Under the pieces are notes generated by a model. The model searched no databases. It was not told the DNA's origin and saw nothing but the letters and a program-made list of their open reading frames with translations. A DNA stretch of 64,000 nt from contig OZ024740.1 in assembly GCA_964016885.1 (NCBI GenBank), forward strand, positions 181,412,001 through 181,476,000, given 5' to 3'. Below are positions 11,201-24,116 of this stretch, piece by piece (the stretch's first letter is position 1; every line of letters starts with the position of its first letter). This DNA comes from Eledone cirrhosa (taxonomy: Eukaryota). Both the position numbers and the translations under genes were made by a program.

Positions 11201-11709
11201 CTGAGCATGTTGGTGAGACTCTTGCACCCTCCTTCCCTATCCACTAATCCCACACAATCCCAGCGTGCATCTAAGATCCCGTTCCAGTCGCCCACTAACA
11301 CTAAAGAGCGGGACGTTCCAAGAAAGGTCTCCAGACGCCGGAAGAAATCAGGCCGCCCTGCTCCTGTCGGGGCATAGACGGCCACTAACCTGAAAGCTTG
11401 CCCGTCTCCGCTGGTTACGTCCAGCACCACCAACTTACCTTCTGGGTCCAGGAAGATGGCCCGTATGGCAAGATCCAAACCTCTCCGAAAAAGCACAGCA
11501 ACTCCTCCCCCCGATCCCGGACGGCTGGGAGATGCGTACACATCGTAGCCGCCGAAGATCGGTGCGAAAGCCTGTGCTTCGGAGATTCTGGTCTCGTTGA
11601 TGGCCACTACCTCTATGTTTAGTGACCTGAGGTCGTTGAGCAGGTGGCCCTGCTTCCATGACGACCCCAAGCCACGCGCATTTATGCTGCCTATTCTGAG
11701 TGAGGTCAT
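8288..11709 (-). pseudogene. ORF2 (APE-RT-CCHC) of family B; open for 812 aa, then frameshifted
   Basis: ORF 9271-11709 has GDWN, TDH, QGCPLS and YADD. Fragments 8739-9158, 8492-8755 and 8288-8473 match the C-terminus of the family A ORF2. Confidence 0.92.
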
Positions 11710-11744
11710 GTTTAAAATAGAGTGGAAAAGATGGGAAAGACCAC

Positions 11745-13938
11745 TTACCTTACTTCTCGTAGGGGATGGACGGTTTTTCCATCCTTTTCACTGCTTGTGG
11801 CCTCCTCAGGAAGGATGTCCTTATAAATCCTCCTGGAGAGTGCTTGTCGGAAGTCTCCGATGTGTTTGGGGAATTTTTTTTTTTAATTTTTTTTAGTGTC
11901 ACGTACGTATTCTGTGTGATGCGAGTGATTTGTATGTGTGGAGGTGGTGTGAATTTTGGGGTTGTTGTGTAGTCTTTTTCTGTGATGCTGGTGTTGTGTT
12001 GGATGTAGTGTAATAATTGCTTGTTGTTCAAATTTAATTGTTTCTACTTTAGGCATAAGGCCAGCAATTACCCAGTGCATTACTGGTACTTTATTTTATC
12101 GACCCCGTAAGGATGAAAGGCAAAGTCAACCTCGGCGGGATTTGAACTCAGATCATAAAGGGACGTAACTATGCTGGAAAGCATGGCGTCAAAACCTCTA
12201 CCGATACTGCCAATCCACCGCTTGTTGTTCAAATTTAATGCTGTGTAGTGTGTATCGTTTTGGTTGTTTTGTTTTGTTTGCGTTTGTTGTGGGTTTGTTT
12301 CTGTTTCGCATTTTGGTGACTTTTGTGGTGTAGGTGATGGTGGTGTTGGGGTTAATGATGGTGATGGTGTTGGTGTTTGGGTTGCTGGTGTGGATGGTGG
12401 CATATCTGTCCTAACTTTTTTGTTTCTTAGTTTATTTGTTTCCCTCTGTATTTTGTTTTTGGAGGGGGAAGGAAGAGAATTTTTTCTTTTTTGGTTTCTT
12501 TTTTTTTTCCGGATATCGTTTCCCACTCCTCGTCGTCACAATCTGTCTCCAGTTGTGATACGCCGGGGAGTGGAAAATCCTCCACAGGCGTTAGTTTTGG
12601 TTGTGGCGTGGTGGATGGTGTAGGCGCTGGTGCTAGTTCTGAAGCGTTGGGTGGTGGTGGTGTTGGTTTTGCTGGTGGTGGTGGTGGTGTTGGTTTTGCT
12701 ACTGTTGCTGGGGTTGTTGCTGTTATAGTTGTTTCTGTTGTTGCTGCTACAGTTGTTGCTGCCATCTCTGCTACTGGTGGTGTTGATGGTTGTGTCACTG
12801 GGGTGGGTAGGAGAGGTGGCCTCAACCTTTTAGCCTGAGGGCAGAAAGCCCTTAGGTGGTTTCCTTCACCACAAACGACACACCTAGGTCTTCTGCCCTC
12901 AACAATTACCGTGAGGTGGCTGCCGTCAGTGAGGTCTATTACCTCTGGGATCTCCTCAATGCTTTTTTGGTCCGCTTGGATCAGGAGCTCCATCCCAGAT
13001 CCGGACCAGTTCTCCTGCTTTTCTTTTGCTATTGCTATTAATTTTGTGTTGGCTTCGATGCCGGCGAGGACGGCCGCTATTAGCCAGGGAATTTCGATGG
13101 CCGGTGGAACGTGGGTCACCCTGATCTTTACGAGTCTCTGGCCACAATAGCTTGGGACGAGTGTGATGTCGTCACTTCTTAATGGGGCCATGGAGTGTTC
13201 TCTAGCCTCCTCTGGTGTTTCAAAGAACACGTCCACGGTTCCATACTTTTGCCCACGTCTGATGTTGGTTTTTCTTGCCCACACATGTCCCAAAGCTTTT
13301 TGGATTTGGGACTCGGATGCCCGTTTCACTCGGCGCGATTTTACATTTATTGTTCGATACGACACGGTGCATAGGCGCCGATGCTCCATTTTATTAGGTG
13401 TGGGGGGGGGGCTGACCCTGTACCCATCTTTCTTTACCATTTGTTTGGCATTCTCTAAATCCTCCTGAGTTACCGTAAATGCTTCGAACTGCTTTGCTAC
13501 TCTGGCGAAACTGAGGGTGGTTTTTATAATGTCACTGTTGTTGTTGTTGCTATCGTTATTTGTGTTAATATTAATTTTAGTTTCAGTTGTGGTGGTGGTG
13601 ACGTCAGTCGTCTTTGGTGGGGAAGAGTCCATTTTACTTGATTTCATTTCGACATCACGAGTTAATTTATTTTTTTCTTCTTTTGTTTCTGTTGTTGCGG
13701 TGGTGGTGGGGGTGGGGGTTGTCGCGGTCGTGGTGGTGGTGGTGGAGGCTTTAACACCTGCAGTCATTGGTAATGGCGGGAAATGAATGTCTGCCTGAGA
13801 CAAATTTAAAATATTGCTACTGCTTATATTTGTTGTAGTGTTGGCAAACGTAGTCACATTTACAATGGTGGTGTCGGTGTGAGGAGTTAATTTGTGAGGA
13901 AGGCTTTCAGTTGCTTGGTGCAGAGGTGAATTAGCCAT
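11745..13938 (-). pseudogene. ORF1 of family B (starts MANSPL), interrupted by a poly-A frameshift and a SINE
   Basis: CVVCGEGNHLRAFC knuckle, LSFARVA motif, GQKYGTVDV similar to GRQYGTVSV of family A. Confidence 0.87.
12039..12219 (-). mobile_element. tRNA-derived SINE (family S1) with 20-bp target-site duplication
   Basis: B-box-like GAGTTCAAATCC and central GCCTTTCATCCTTACGGGGTCGATAAAATAAAGTACCAG. TSD GCTTGTTGTTCAAATTTAAT at 12019-12038 and 12220-12239. At least 5 copies in the window. Confidence 0.9.
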
Positions 13939-14185
13939 TTTTTTCAAAGAAATTTTTTGATAATAATAAAAGTTTAAATTTTGGGCACAAGGCCCCAATC
14001 TTTTTGGGTGTCCTTTTCGGAAAACAATGTATGTGCGCTTATATATGGTTAACAATAAAAATTTTCCATAAATGGCAATTTTTAACAAACGGAAATAACA
14101 AACCTTTGCGGAGCTCACGATGATACGATTTACTACGTAGGTCGCCAATAATAATAATAATAATAATAATAATATTAATAATAAT

Positions 14186-14361
14186 TGTTTCTACTTTAGG
14201 CACAAGGCCAGCAAATATCCAGTAGATTACTGGTAATTTATTTTATCGACGCCGTAAGGATGAAAGGCAAAGTTAACCTCGACGGGATTTGAACTCAGAC
14301 TGTAAAGAGACGTAACTGTGCTAGAAAGCATGGCGTCCGACCCGCTACCGATACTGCCAAT
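14186..14361 (-). mobile_element. SINE S1 copy inside the AAT junction between elements B and C
   Basis: Colinear with 12039-12219. AAT tracts on both sides. Confidence 0.88.
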
Positions 14362-14616
14362 TGCGAATAATAATACTTTCTTTATTAACCACAAGGGTTT
14401 ACATAAAGTAGACATTAAGGACAGTACAGGACAATACAGGACGTTACAAATAGGCATTTCAGCGTGTAAAAAACAAAAACAGAGGGTGTAATAGAAATAA
14501 CAATGAAAAATTCGCCAATAGGGGAGACTTCCGAGGGACATTTGTGGAGAGAGGCCATTAAAAGGCCACAGTGACCCTGACCACCAGAGCAAGTGCCCTC
14601 TCCCAGTTTTCCACCT

Positions 14617-17169
14617 TTAATTTACAGACACACTCAGATTAGGCCCATTCACTCGGGCCATTCTTGCTTCTCTCACCCATCTTTCAACAAAATGCTGGGA
14701 AGAGAGCACTTCCCTCTCTACCCTGATTTTCCTTTTCAAATGAAATTTGAAAAAGTTAATCAGGGCATCACCGATGAGGTAAGTGCTCGTCTTCAGCCCT
14801 TTCAAACGTGTCCACCATACTATCTCTATCGCCATGGCCACCAGACAGATAACAACTGCCTGCCCTTCCCGGCTAAAGGAAGAGGGCGGGAAAATCCTCA
14901 CGAAGGACTCAACTGATATCCGGATCCATCCTACACGCGACAGCAGGTGTTCGACATAAACACACAAGTCAGCAATTCTCGGACACTGGACGAGTGCGTG
15001 CAGGACGGCTTCGTCACCCTGCGAGCATCTCGGACATGCCCGGGTAACGGCACCTCCATGCCTGTAGAGTTTATCCCGAACTGGAAGTTGTCCATAGGCC
15101 TCAGCCCGAAAGTTCTTCCGAAGAGATTGGCTAGTTGATTTTCGTCGAGGCTTAGAGCTTCCTCAAGTACGTCGTCGCTCTTCCCCTCCACTAATCCTCT
15201 ATAGAACAACGAGGTGGAGCTTCCACCGATCACATTGCCCGATTGGTCGAGTGCTGTGAGCGCCTGAAGTCATTCCAATCTCCAAGCGCTCCCTCTCGGT
15301 CTTCGCTTGACCCAGGACTGCAGCTGCGTCAAGAAAACGAGCTGGGGAAAGACGCATCTAGCAAACGGCGACCACATGTGATCACCGTCGAGGAAGAGGT
15401 GGAGATGTAGCCTGAGCGTGTGTCTGCGCATCATCAGCCACGGCATTCCCAGCCCTCCACGTAGCGGGTGTTGACAACAGATGGACCGCATGACCATCGG
15501 AGCGCATCCCTTCCACAAAAAGCGAAAGAGCAAACGCTCCAGCGCAGTCAGGCGGGGCTTAGGACAAGGTACGACGGACAGAGGGTAGCAGATGACGGAC
15601 GTGATGTACGCGTTAGCAACCCCCGCTCGACCCTCAGGGATAGTATCCTCTCAGCCCATTTCTGGGTGAGAGAAGCCACCCGGCTCGTCACCTCGTCCCA
15701 GTTTTTGTCCGTCTGGAGGTCCGGACCGAAACAGATCCCTAGCAATTTAACCGGTCCGTCCGTCCAGCGTCCGACAACGCTATTGGACGGCATGGACCTG
15801 CCTCCCCAGGTGCCGAGCTGCAGGCCCACTGACTTTTCCTGGTTGATCATTGCTCCTGTCACCGCTTCGTATTCTCTTAGTGTAGTGCCGATCGCCTCGG
15901 TGTGTTTGGCGTTCGACACCACTACGGTGACAACGTCCGCATATGCTGACACGGATCTTCCGCATCCTAGTTCGCGCGGGACGCCCCTCAGCGTCTCCAG
16001 TTTGTGCAGTAATGTCTCGAGAGTCAATACGTACAAGAGGGACGAGAGGGGACATCCATGGCGGACCGAGCGCATAATGTTGAACGGTTGCGAAAGGTGA
16101 ACGTTCACTCTCACCACAGAGCAGATGTCGCTGTGCATGGCAGCGATCCAGCCTCTGAAGACGCGCCCAAAGCCAGCCGCCCTCAGGACTGGCGCTAGGT
16201 AACGAAGGTAGACCCTATCGAAAGCTTTCAACTAATCTAAATTGCTCATGGACTCACCGGTACCAGGTTCCCTTGCTACCCTCTCTACGATGTATCGCAT
16301 GAGGTGGAGGTTGTCGTTGATGGATCTGTCGGGAATGACGCATGTCTGCGCCTCTCCCACCAGACCACCAACGACAAGCGCCAACCTCTTTGGTAGCACC
16401 TTGGCCAAAATCTTGAACTCTGTGTTTAGCAGGGTTATGGGCCTGAAATTATCTATGTTATTCCCCTTGTTCGGATCCTTTCGATGCAGCGCCACCGCTT
16501 CTCGAATAACATAGCTGGGAATTCTCCAATTCTGTTGCCAGTTGCAGTAGACGTCCGCCAAGAGGCCTCCGAACAAGTCTGGTATTTGTACGTAAAGTTC
16601 ATAAGGCAGGCCATACAAACCAGGCGATATATCCCTTGTGCGCCAATCATTGCCTCCCGTACTTCAGCGACTGTTATCGGCTTTTCGCAACACTCCGCCT
16701 CAATGGCCGAGAGCCGCGGCACTCCGTCGATGTAGATACTAAAGTTCATCCCTCGATCCGGCCCACCGATGCCCCCGAACAGCTGTGCATATTGTCGCTG
16801 AAAAGCTTCACACACTTGCCCGGGATCGAGTAGCATGCGCCCGTCGTGGTCCACCAAAACCAGATCGTGGCCTTGTTGCCACGACGCGCCCACGCCACTT
16901 GGGCCCATTGAACGGCTTCGTCCACTCGTGTCTGAGAGCATGCACCCTAGCTCTGACATTGCAGCCTTCGTGCTTTGCATTGAAGAATATGTCAAGGGCC
17001 AGTTTCGCCGCAAGTACGTCGGTCGCGATGCCTTTGCTAAGGAGATTCTGGTCTCGCTGATGGCCACTACGTCTATGTTTAGTGACTTGAGGTTGTTGAG
17101 CAGGTGGCTCTGCTTCCATGACGACCCCAAGCCACGCGCAGTTATGCTGCCCATTCTGAATGGGGTCAT
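14617..17169 (-). pseudogene. ORF2 of family C, multiple lesions and a ~0.82-kb internal deletion of most of the endonuclease
   Basis: RT fragments FRPITLLNTEFKILAK and HGCPLSSLLY. Junction at 17040/17041 joins sequences that lie at ~10757 and ~11581 in family B. Confidence 0.9.
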
Positions 17170-17203
17170 GTTGAAATGGAGGGGAAAAGATGGGAAAGAC
17201 CAC

Positions 17204-19283
17204 TTACCTTACTTTTTGTAGAGGAAGGATGGTTTCTCCATCACTTTTCACTTGATCGTCTGGTGAATGGACCGTTGAATCTTCCCTTCGGCTGGTCGTC
17301 GGCTCTTCTATGAGTATATCCGAATATACTCTCCGGTTGAGAGTCGCTCCTAGATCTCTGAAATCACCAACTGTGTTGGGGAATTTCGTTTTAACGTTTA
17401 TGTATTGTTTCTGTGCTATTCTTACTAGTCTTATGTTCGTTGGTGTTTTGATTGGTGCTGGTATTATGTAGTCGTGCTGTGAAATGTCTGGGTGTTCAAT
17501 TATGTAAGTCATTAGTTTCTTGTTGTGTGTATTTATTGCCATGCATTTGTTTTTCTGGGGCTGGGGTGTGGTTCTGGTATTTTATCTTCGTTGTTGCTGG
17601 GTGTGTGTGTTTTGTTGTTGTGTTTCCGATGTTAGTACTTGTGGTGGTGGTGGTGTTGAAGGTGTTGTTGTTGTTGGCCGTGGGGTTGTCGCTGGTGGTG
17701 ATGGTGGTGCTAGTGTGGGTTGTGATGTTGTTGGTGGTGTTGCTGCTGTAAGGGTCTTTGCAGTAGCCTTTACCCTTTTTTCATTTCTTTCCTCCCTTTT
17801 CGAAGGCGACGATGCGGTGCTTCTGCGTTTGTGCCTTCTTACGACCTTTTGCCATCCCTCTCCCACCTCACACTCCATGTCTGATTCTGTGATGTCGGGG
17901 AGGGGTACCAGCTCCACTCTTTCACTTGTTGTTGGTGATGTTTGTAATGGAGTCTCTGTTGCAGCTGCAGTTGGTATTACTGATGTTGTTGTTAATACTT
18001 CCACTACTGCTGCTGTTCTTGATTTCCGTGGCGTGGGTATGGGTTCCACGGACCTATCGTTCCTGGTTGCCGCTTGTCCTGTTGCTGGTAGCAGTGGAGC
18101 CGGTTTCGGAACGATGGGGGTTTTCTCCTTTCTCAGGGTCTTCTCATTGCTGAAGACCCTGAGGTGAGTCTTCGATCCACAGCGAAAGCATTTCGGGCGT
18201 TTGCCCTCAACACTTATGGGCAGTTGAGTGCCGTCATCGAAGTCTATCACATCCGGGATAGCTTCGATGCACTCCCGGTTGCCTTGGATTAACATCTTAA
18301 TGGAGGTGCCGACCCAATCTTCTCTTGCTTTTTTCTGTACTTGCAGTACACGTGGGTCAGTTTGACCATCACAATTTTTTGCCCGCAGTAGGAGGGCACC
18401 AACACCATTTCCTCGCTCCTTAGGGTCACTAAGGATTGATCCTTTGCCTCCTAGGGTGTGGCAAAAAGCACGTCTATGGTGACATATTTCTTGCCTCGGG
18501 TGATATGCGTTTTTCGCTGCCACACAGAACCTAAGGCATTTTGTATTTGAGCCTCTGTGGCTCCTTCAGCCCTACGGGATTTTGTGCTTACTGTACGGTA
18601 CGTGACCGTATAGTGCTGTTGGGTTTCGAAAAATGTTTCGGCTGCCTTGCTCGGTGTCCGGTTTTCGTCACCATCTTCTTTGCTTCCTGTAATTCCTCAT
18701 TTGTTATAAGGATGGTTTCCAGGTTCTTTGCGATACCTGCAAACGAGATTGGTTTTTCTTTCTTGTTGTTGTTGTTGTTGTTGTTGTCGTCAGAGCTGCT
18801 GTTACTTTTGTTGTTGCTGCTGGTACTACGACTGCCGCCACCGCTGTTGCTGTGGTTGTTGTCGTTGTTGCTGCAGCTGCCGTTGTTGTTGCCGCTGCTG
18901 CTGGTGGTGTTGTTTATGCTGCTGCTGATGCTGTTGCGGCTGCTACTATTATTTTCCTTGTCACTGTTGATGCTGTTATTACGGCTGCTACTGCTATTAT
19001 TCATGACGTCAGACGAATGAAATGGCTTTCCGTATTTACCGCACACATTATTCGTCGTTGTCGTCGTCGGGGGGAAATGTTCCACAGTATGCACGTTCTA
19101 TTGGTGAAAGCTACCAGAAACTATTTTTTTCTTTTTCTTTAATGGCGTCGCTTGCGAAAGACGCGACACCACATTTAGAGAAGGGAGGGAGAGAGACAAT
19201 CTTCTCTCTGATGTAATGACGATTGAGGAAGAAGAAGACGGAAAGAGCGGGAGTGACTTATGAAAATTCTTTTTTGTAGCCAT
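17204..19283 (-). pseudogene. ORF1 of family C, disrupted
   Basis: EGKRPKCFRCGSKTHLR knuckle remnant and ISFAGIA motif. In-frame stop at 17582-17584 precedes the C-terminal domain 17204-17542. Confidence 0.85.
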
Positions 19284-19639
19284 GTTTTTTTTTTTGACGG
19301 TTTAAAATGTATATTGGGCACAACACCCCCAATAAGCGGTTATTTAACACCGACGGGCCAAATAACCTGCAGAAAGACCCCTCTCACGAGGAGGAGGGTG
19401 TCATTATCTACAATTTGGTTCAAGTTTTAAACAATTTACGATTGTTATAGCGGTTACAAATTACTATACCTTACAGAGCCGAGCCTCCGTCAACCATGGC
19501 ATTCAATAATAATAACAATAATAATAATAATACTGATACTACTATTACTACTACATGTGCTGTTTCTGGTGCCGCTGCTGTTGCTACTACTGCTGCTGCT
19601 GTTGCAGTTATTCTGCTACTATTACAACTAATAATAATG

Positions 19640-20075
19640 TCAACAATTTGCGAGGACTCAAAAGGGCCTATACAGAGCTTTGCTGACCAATATTCTACAC
19701 AAAACGCAGACGCCTATTGTCGAATAAACTGTTCTTGTTGCATGACAATGCACGCCCACACATAGCTGGCTAGACCGTTGAAACCATTAACCAATTGCGT
19801 TTTGAGCTGCTGGGACACCCTGCCTAGAACCCATTTCTTGCATCTTCCAACATCATCTCTTTCGTCCACTCAAAGATGCTTCACTATGTCGTTGATTCCC
19901 TACAGATGTTGAAGTGCAGGAAGCGCTGCATAAATGATTGAGCATTCATCTGAAAACCTTCTTGGGGGGAATACTCAAACCTTCTGGATCGTTGAACCAA
20001 GTATATGAACAGGAAGGAGATAATGAAGAAAAATTACGTACATGTTTAAGCCCCGCTTTTGTGTAAATAAATTGA
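19640..20075 (+). pseudogene. Mariner/Tc1 transposase C-terminal fragment
   Basis: Manual translation LLHDNARPHIAG*TVETINQLRFELLGHPA*NPFLASS...FPTDVEVQEALHK matches the mariner HDNARPH / HPPYSPDLAPSD region. Confidence 0.78.
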
Positions 20076-20136
20076 AAAAACAAGAGTTCTGATAATGTTT
20101 TACTATCTCTCATATATTTGTTTTGTAAGATTACTT

Positions 20137-20478
20137 ATCTGAAAACCCGTGTTGAAACAGTAATTGTTACACTCTAGGAGGGTCGTGCTGCCAATAAAAA
20201 CACGCACCGGTTAGTTTTCACATCAATTTATCATACATTTCTAGCTGGTTGCTTGGTTCGGTAATCGGATGGTTGTTTATATATTGTCAAAGCTCTTTCG
20301 TTACACATTTTGTGACCTCCTCAGTGACTGGGTTTTTATTTTGTCACCCTTCTTTGTTCTGTCCTACACCAACTCCTTGTATGTAGAATAGAACAAAGGA
20401 GAGACACAAAATAAGAACCCAGTCACTGAGGTCACATAATGTGTGGCAAAAGAGGTTTAACAATATATAAACAACCCA
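20137..20478. mobile_element. Penelope-like pseudo-LTR fragment with inverted duplication and a degenerate hammerhead (20286-20328, -)
   Basis: 20270-20348 is inverted at ~20403-20477. Similar to 23757-24112. Motif GTCA CTGAGGA ..stem.. GAAAGAGCTT TGAC. Confidence 0.65.
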
Positions 20479-21654
20479 CCAGTGTAATTTGGTTAGGGAA
20501 TTCGCTGGATAAATGAAAGGCAAAGAAAAAATTGTTAGGGTTTGAAGGAGAACATAATGTAACCCAGCTAAATACATTTTATCCGACCTTTAACCGATTC
20601 TGAAACTGCATCATACACCTCCATGAAACTATAGAGTATTTTTTCTTACTTTGGCGCAAGAGAATAAGTTAACTTTGAAGACAATTGACCCAACTAGTGA
20701 GTGACATTTATTATATGAAGCACCTTTCCCTGAGAGATGCGTAAATCAATACCAGTTGGGTTTTGAATTCAGAACCAAAACGGATGTAATTAAATACAAA
20801 AATATTTTTGTTTGGTGCTGGGGCCTTGTTGATTCTGCCACCTCCCCATGCATTCCCCCTCTGTAAATATATTGAATATTATTTAGTTACATTATTTCAG
20901 GTATCTAATAATATTTAATTTTTTTGTTATTTTGAATTTATTATTTTTTTTAGTTTTACTATTGATTTATATCTTCTTATAAACAAATTGAATGTCAAAT
21001 TAATTGATTTTCTATTTAAAATTTTCCTCTATTTCATTTCATTTTTATTTCTACCATTATTTCAATATCTATTCAGCAATCTTACCTGTTTCTAAAAACC
21101 TTACTTCATGCTACCAAATTGTAGGAATAACAGGCTTTTGTATATTCAGCAATTATTCATCGTTTGAGGCATGGAAATTAAAATCATTTTTTAATGGGAT
21201 AATAGATTAAAATAAAAATGTAAATAATCCTATTAAGATATAACGATGTATATTATGCTTTGCATTAACTATAAGCATTCTGATGTTTCCCTGTGTTTTG
21301 AGTGTTTTAAAGTTTTTTTAGGAGAACGCTGAACGTGAGGTTAATGAATGATACAGCATTTTATAATTACCACAAGATGGGAAAAAACATTTCTCTGAAG
21401 TGTGCATTCTGTAGAATTTATGTTTTTAGCTGATTTGGCAATTACTGGAATAATTTAGTGAATAATCTTTATCATTTCGGAACCGAAGTGAGTGAAGCAA
21501 GAATTAAAATTGATTTTTCAATTAGATTAAGCAAATACAATGCATTTAAATTTGAAAATCTTTTATTGAAGTGACAGCATGACCAAGCAGCCTTGCAGTA
21601 AATTATATTTTGATATTTCACATTCTTTCTAATACAGAAAGAAACATACATATA

Positions 21655-21750
<96 letters not shown>

Positions 21751-22669
21751 ATCTCTCTCTCTCCCTCTCTTCTTCTTCTTCACTGTGTTTCACTCTGTGC
21801 CTCACTCGCAGTAATTTTAACTCCTAATTTTTATCCACCAGTTATTTTAATTCGTTAAAGCTGTTTGTGTTATTTAATTTCGTCAGTTGATTTTCTATAT
21901 TTTTATATCTTTTTTGCCTCACCTTATTATATTTACAAAATTCTTCTGTCAATTGGTTATTCATTTATTATTGTTATTGTTTTCGTTGTTTTTCATTTCC
22001 TTCATTATAGCAAAAATGACAATTCTTTGATGATAGCAACCAGCAACAGAAAAACAAAACAAAATGCCATTAATGAAATAATATAAACTAAAACATATAT
22101 TGGCAGAGAAATCAGCTTGTTAAATGGCTTACAATTAATTTTTCACTAAGCCTATATTAGTGCTGCAATATCACCAAATATACAGCCGAACTAAAATTTA
22201 GTATTACATTTGCCAAGAAAATCGGATAATCAATGTGACATAAGAACCTCTTGTTCATAAAAGCTGATGTCGTATTTCAACACTTAGTAAAAACAATTAC
22301 AATGAGTTGCACAGCAAACTCATTCATTGCTAAGTTTCTCTATATCTTTGTCTCTATAATATTTCCTCGCTTTACATTTTTTGTAAACTGATATCCGTTG
22401 GTGTCTGTGGTATATTTTTCACTTGTTTTATGAACAGAACTGCATTCACATTGAACTATAATCTCAGTAGCTAAATATTCCTCAAACAGTTCTACAGTAA
22501 ACGTAATTTTCTGAATCAAAGTAACTCACTGTCGGATAAGACTGGGCGTTTGAATTACATTTACTATTACATTGATAGCATGCTAGAGATTCAAACCAAC
22601 AAATATCGCTGTCATTTGATATCCTAATCCGAGTCTGTCTATATTCTCTATGCATATATATATATACAT

Positions 22670-23619
<950 letters not shown>

Positions 23620-23756
23620 CGAAGGACGTGTGGTAAGGAAACAGATGGACCATAAGGCACCAGAGTACTCAATGCTTAGGGTAGTAGAGTGGGTAATAGG
23701 AAAATGTATGTATATATATATATTTCGTTTCTGAATTTGTTTAGCAAGATTCTTTA

Positions 23757-24112
23757 TCTGAAAACGTGTGTTGAAACCGATATTGCTATATTTTGGGAGG
23801 GTCATGTTGCCAATAAGAAACACATTCTCCCACTGCGTTCACTCCAATTTATTATGAATTAAATTATAAATTTAAAAAAAATTATAAATTTCCGGTTGGT
23901 TGGTTGAAAAGAATCCCCGGTCAGTCACTGATGAGGTCACATAATGTGTGACGAAAGAACGTTGACAATATATGAACAACCGTCCGGTTGTGGAACCAAC
24001 CAACCAACCGGAAATTTATAAATGTTTTTATATTTATAAGTTAATTTATAATAAATTGGAGTGAAACTCTGGTGCGTGTGGCAACATGACCCTCCCAAAG
24101 TATAACAATATA
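23757..24112 (+). mobile_element. Penelope-like pseudo-LTR fragment with inverted ends and a degenerate hammerhead (23924-23966)
   Basis: GGGAGGGTCATGTTGCC is inverted as GGCAACATGACCCTCCC. Motif CTGATGA GGTCACATAATGTGTGAC GAAA. Confidence 0.7.
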
Positions 24113-24116
24113 TATA

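Larger units (their letters stand above)
8043..14146 (-). mobile_element. Full-length Tx1/L1-clade element, family B, moderately decayed, with a SINE inserted in ORF1
   Basis: Same architecture as family A. AATAAA at 8049-8054 (-). Flanked by (AAT)9 and a longer AAT tract. Confidence 0.93.
14375..19504 (-). mobile_element. Tx1/L1-clade element, family C, heavily decayed
   Basis: ORF2 and 3' UTR closely match family B, but ORF1 and 5' UTR are divergent. AATAAA at 14381-14386 (-). AAT tract from 19505. Confidence 0.9.

Noticed and set aside
32-19216. Numerous plus-strand ORFs (Leu/Val/Cys-rich)
   Set aside because: They are antisense shadows of low-complexity ORF1 and GC-rich ORF2, with no independent motifs.
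1-19531. Drosophila HeT-A/TART-like telomere array
   Set aside because: No telomeric repeat is visible, and the youngest copies are on the 3' side, opposite to end-healing arrays. The contig end cannot be seen.
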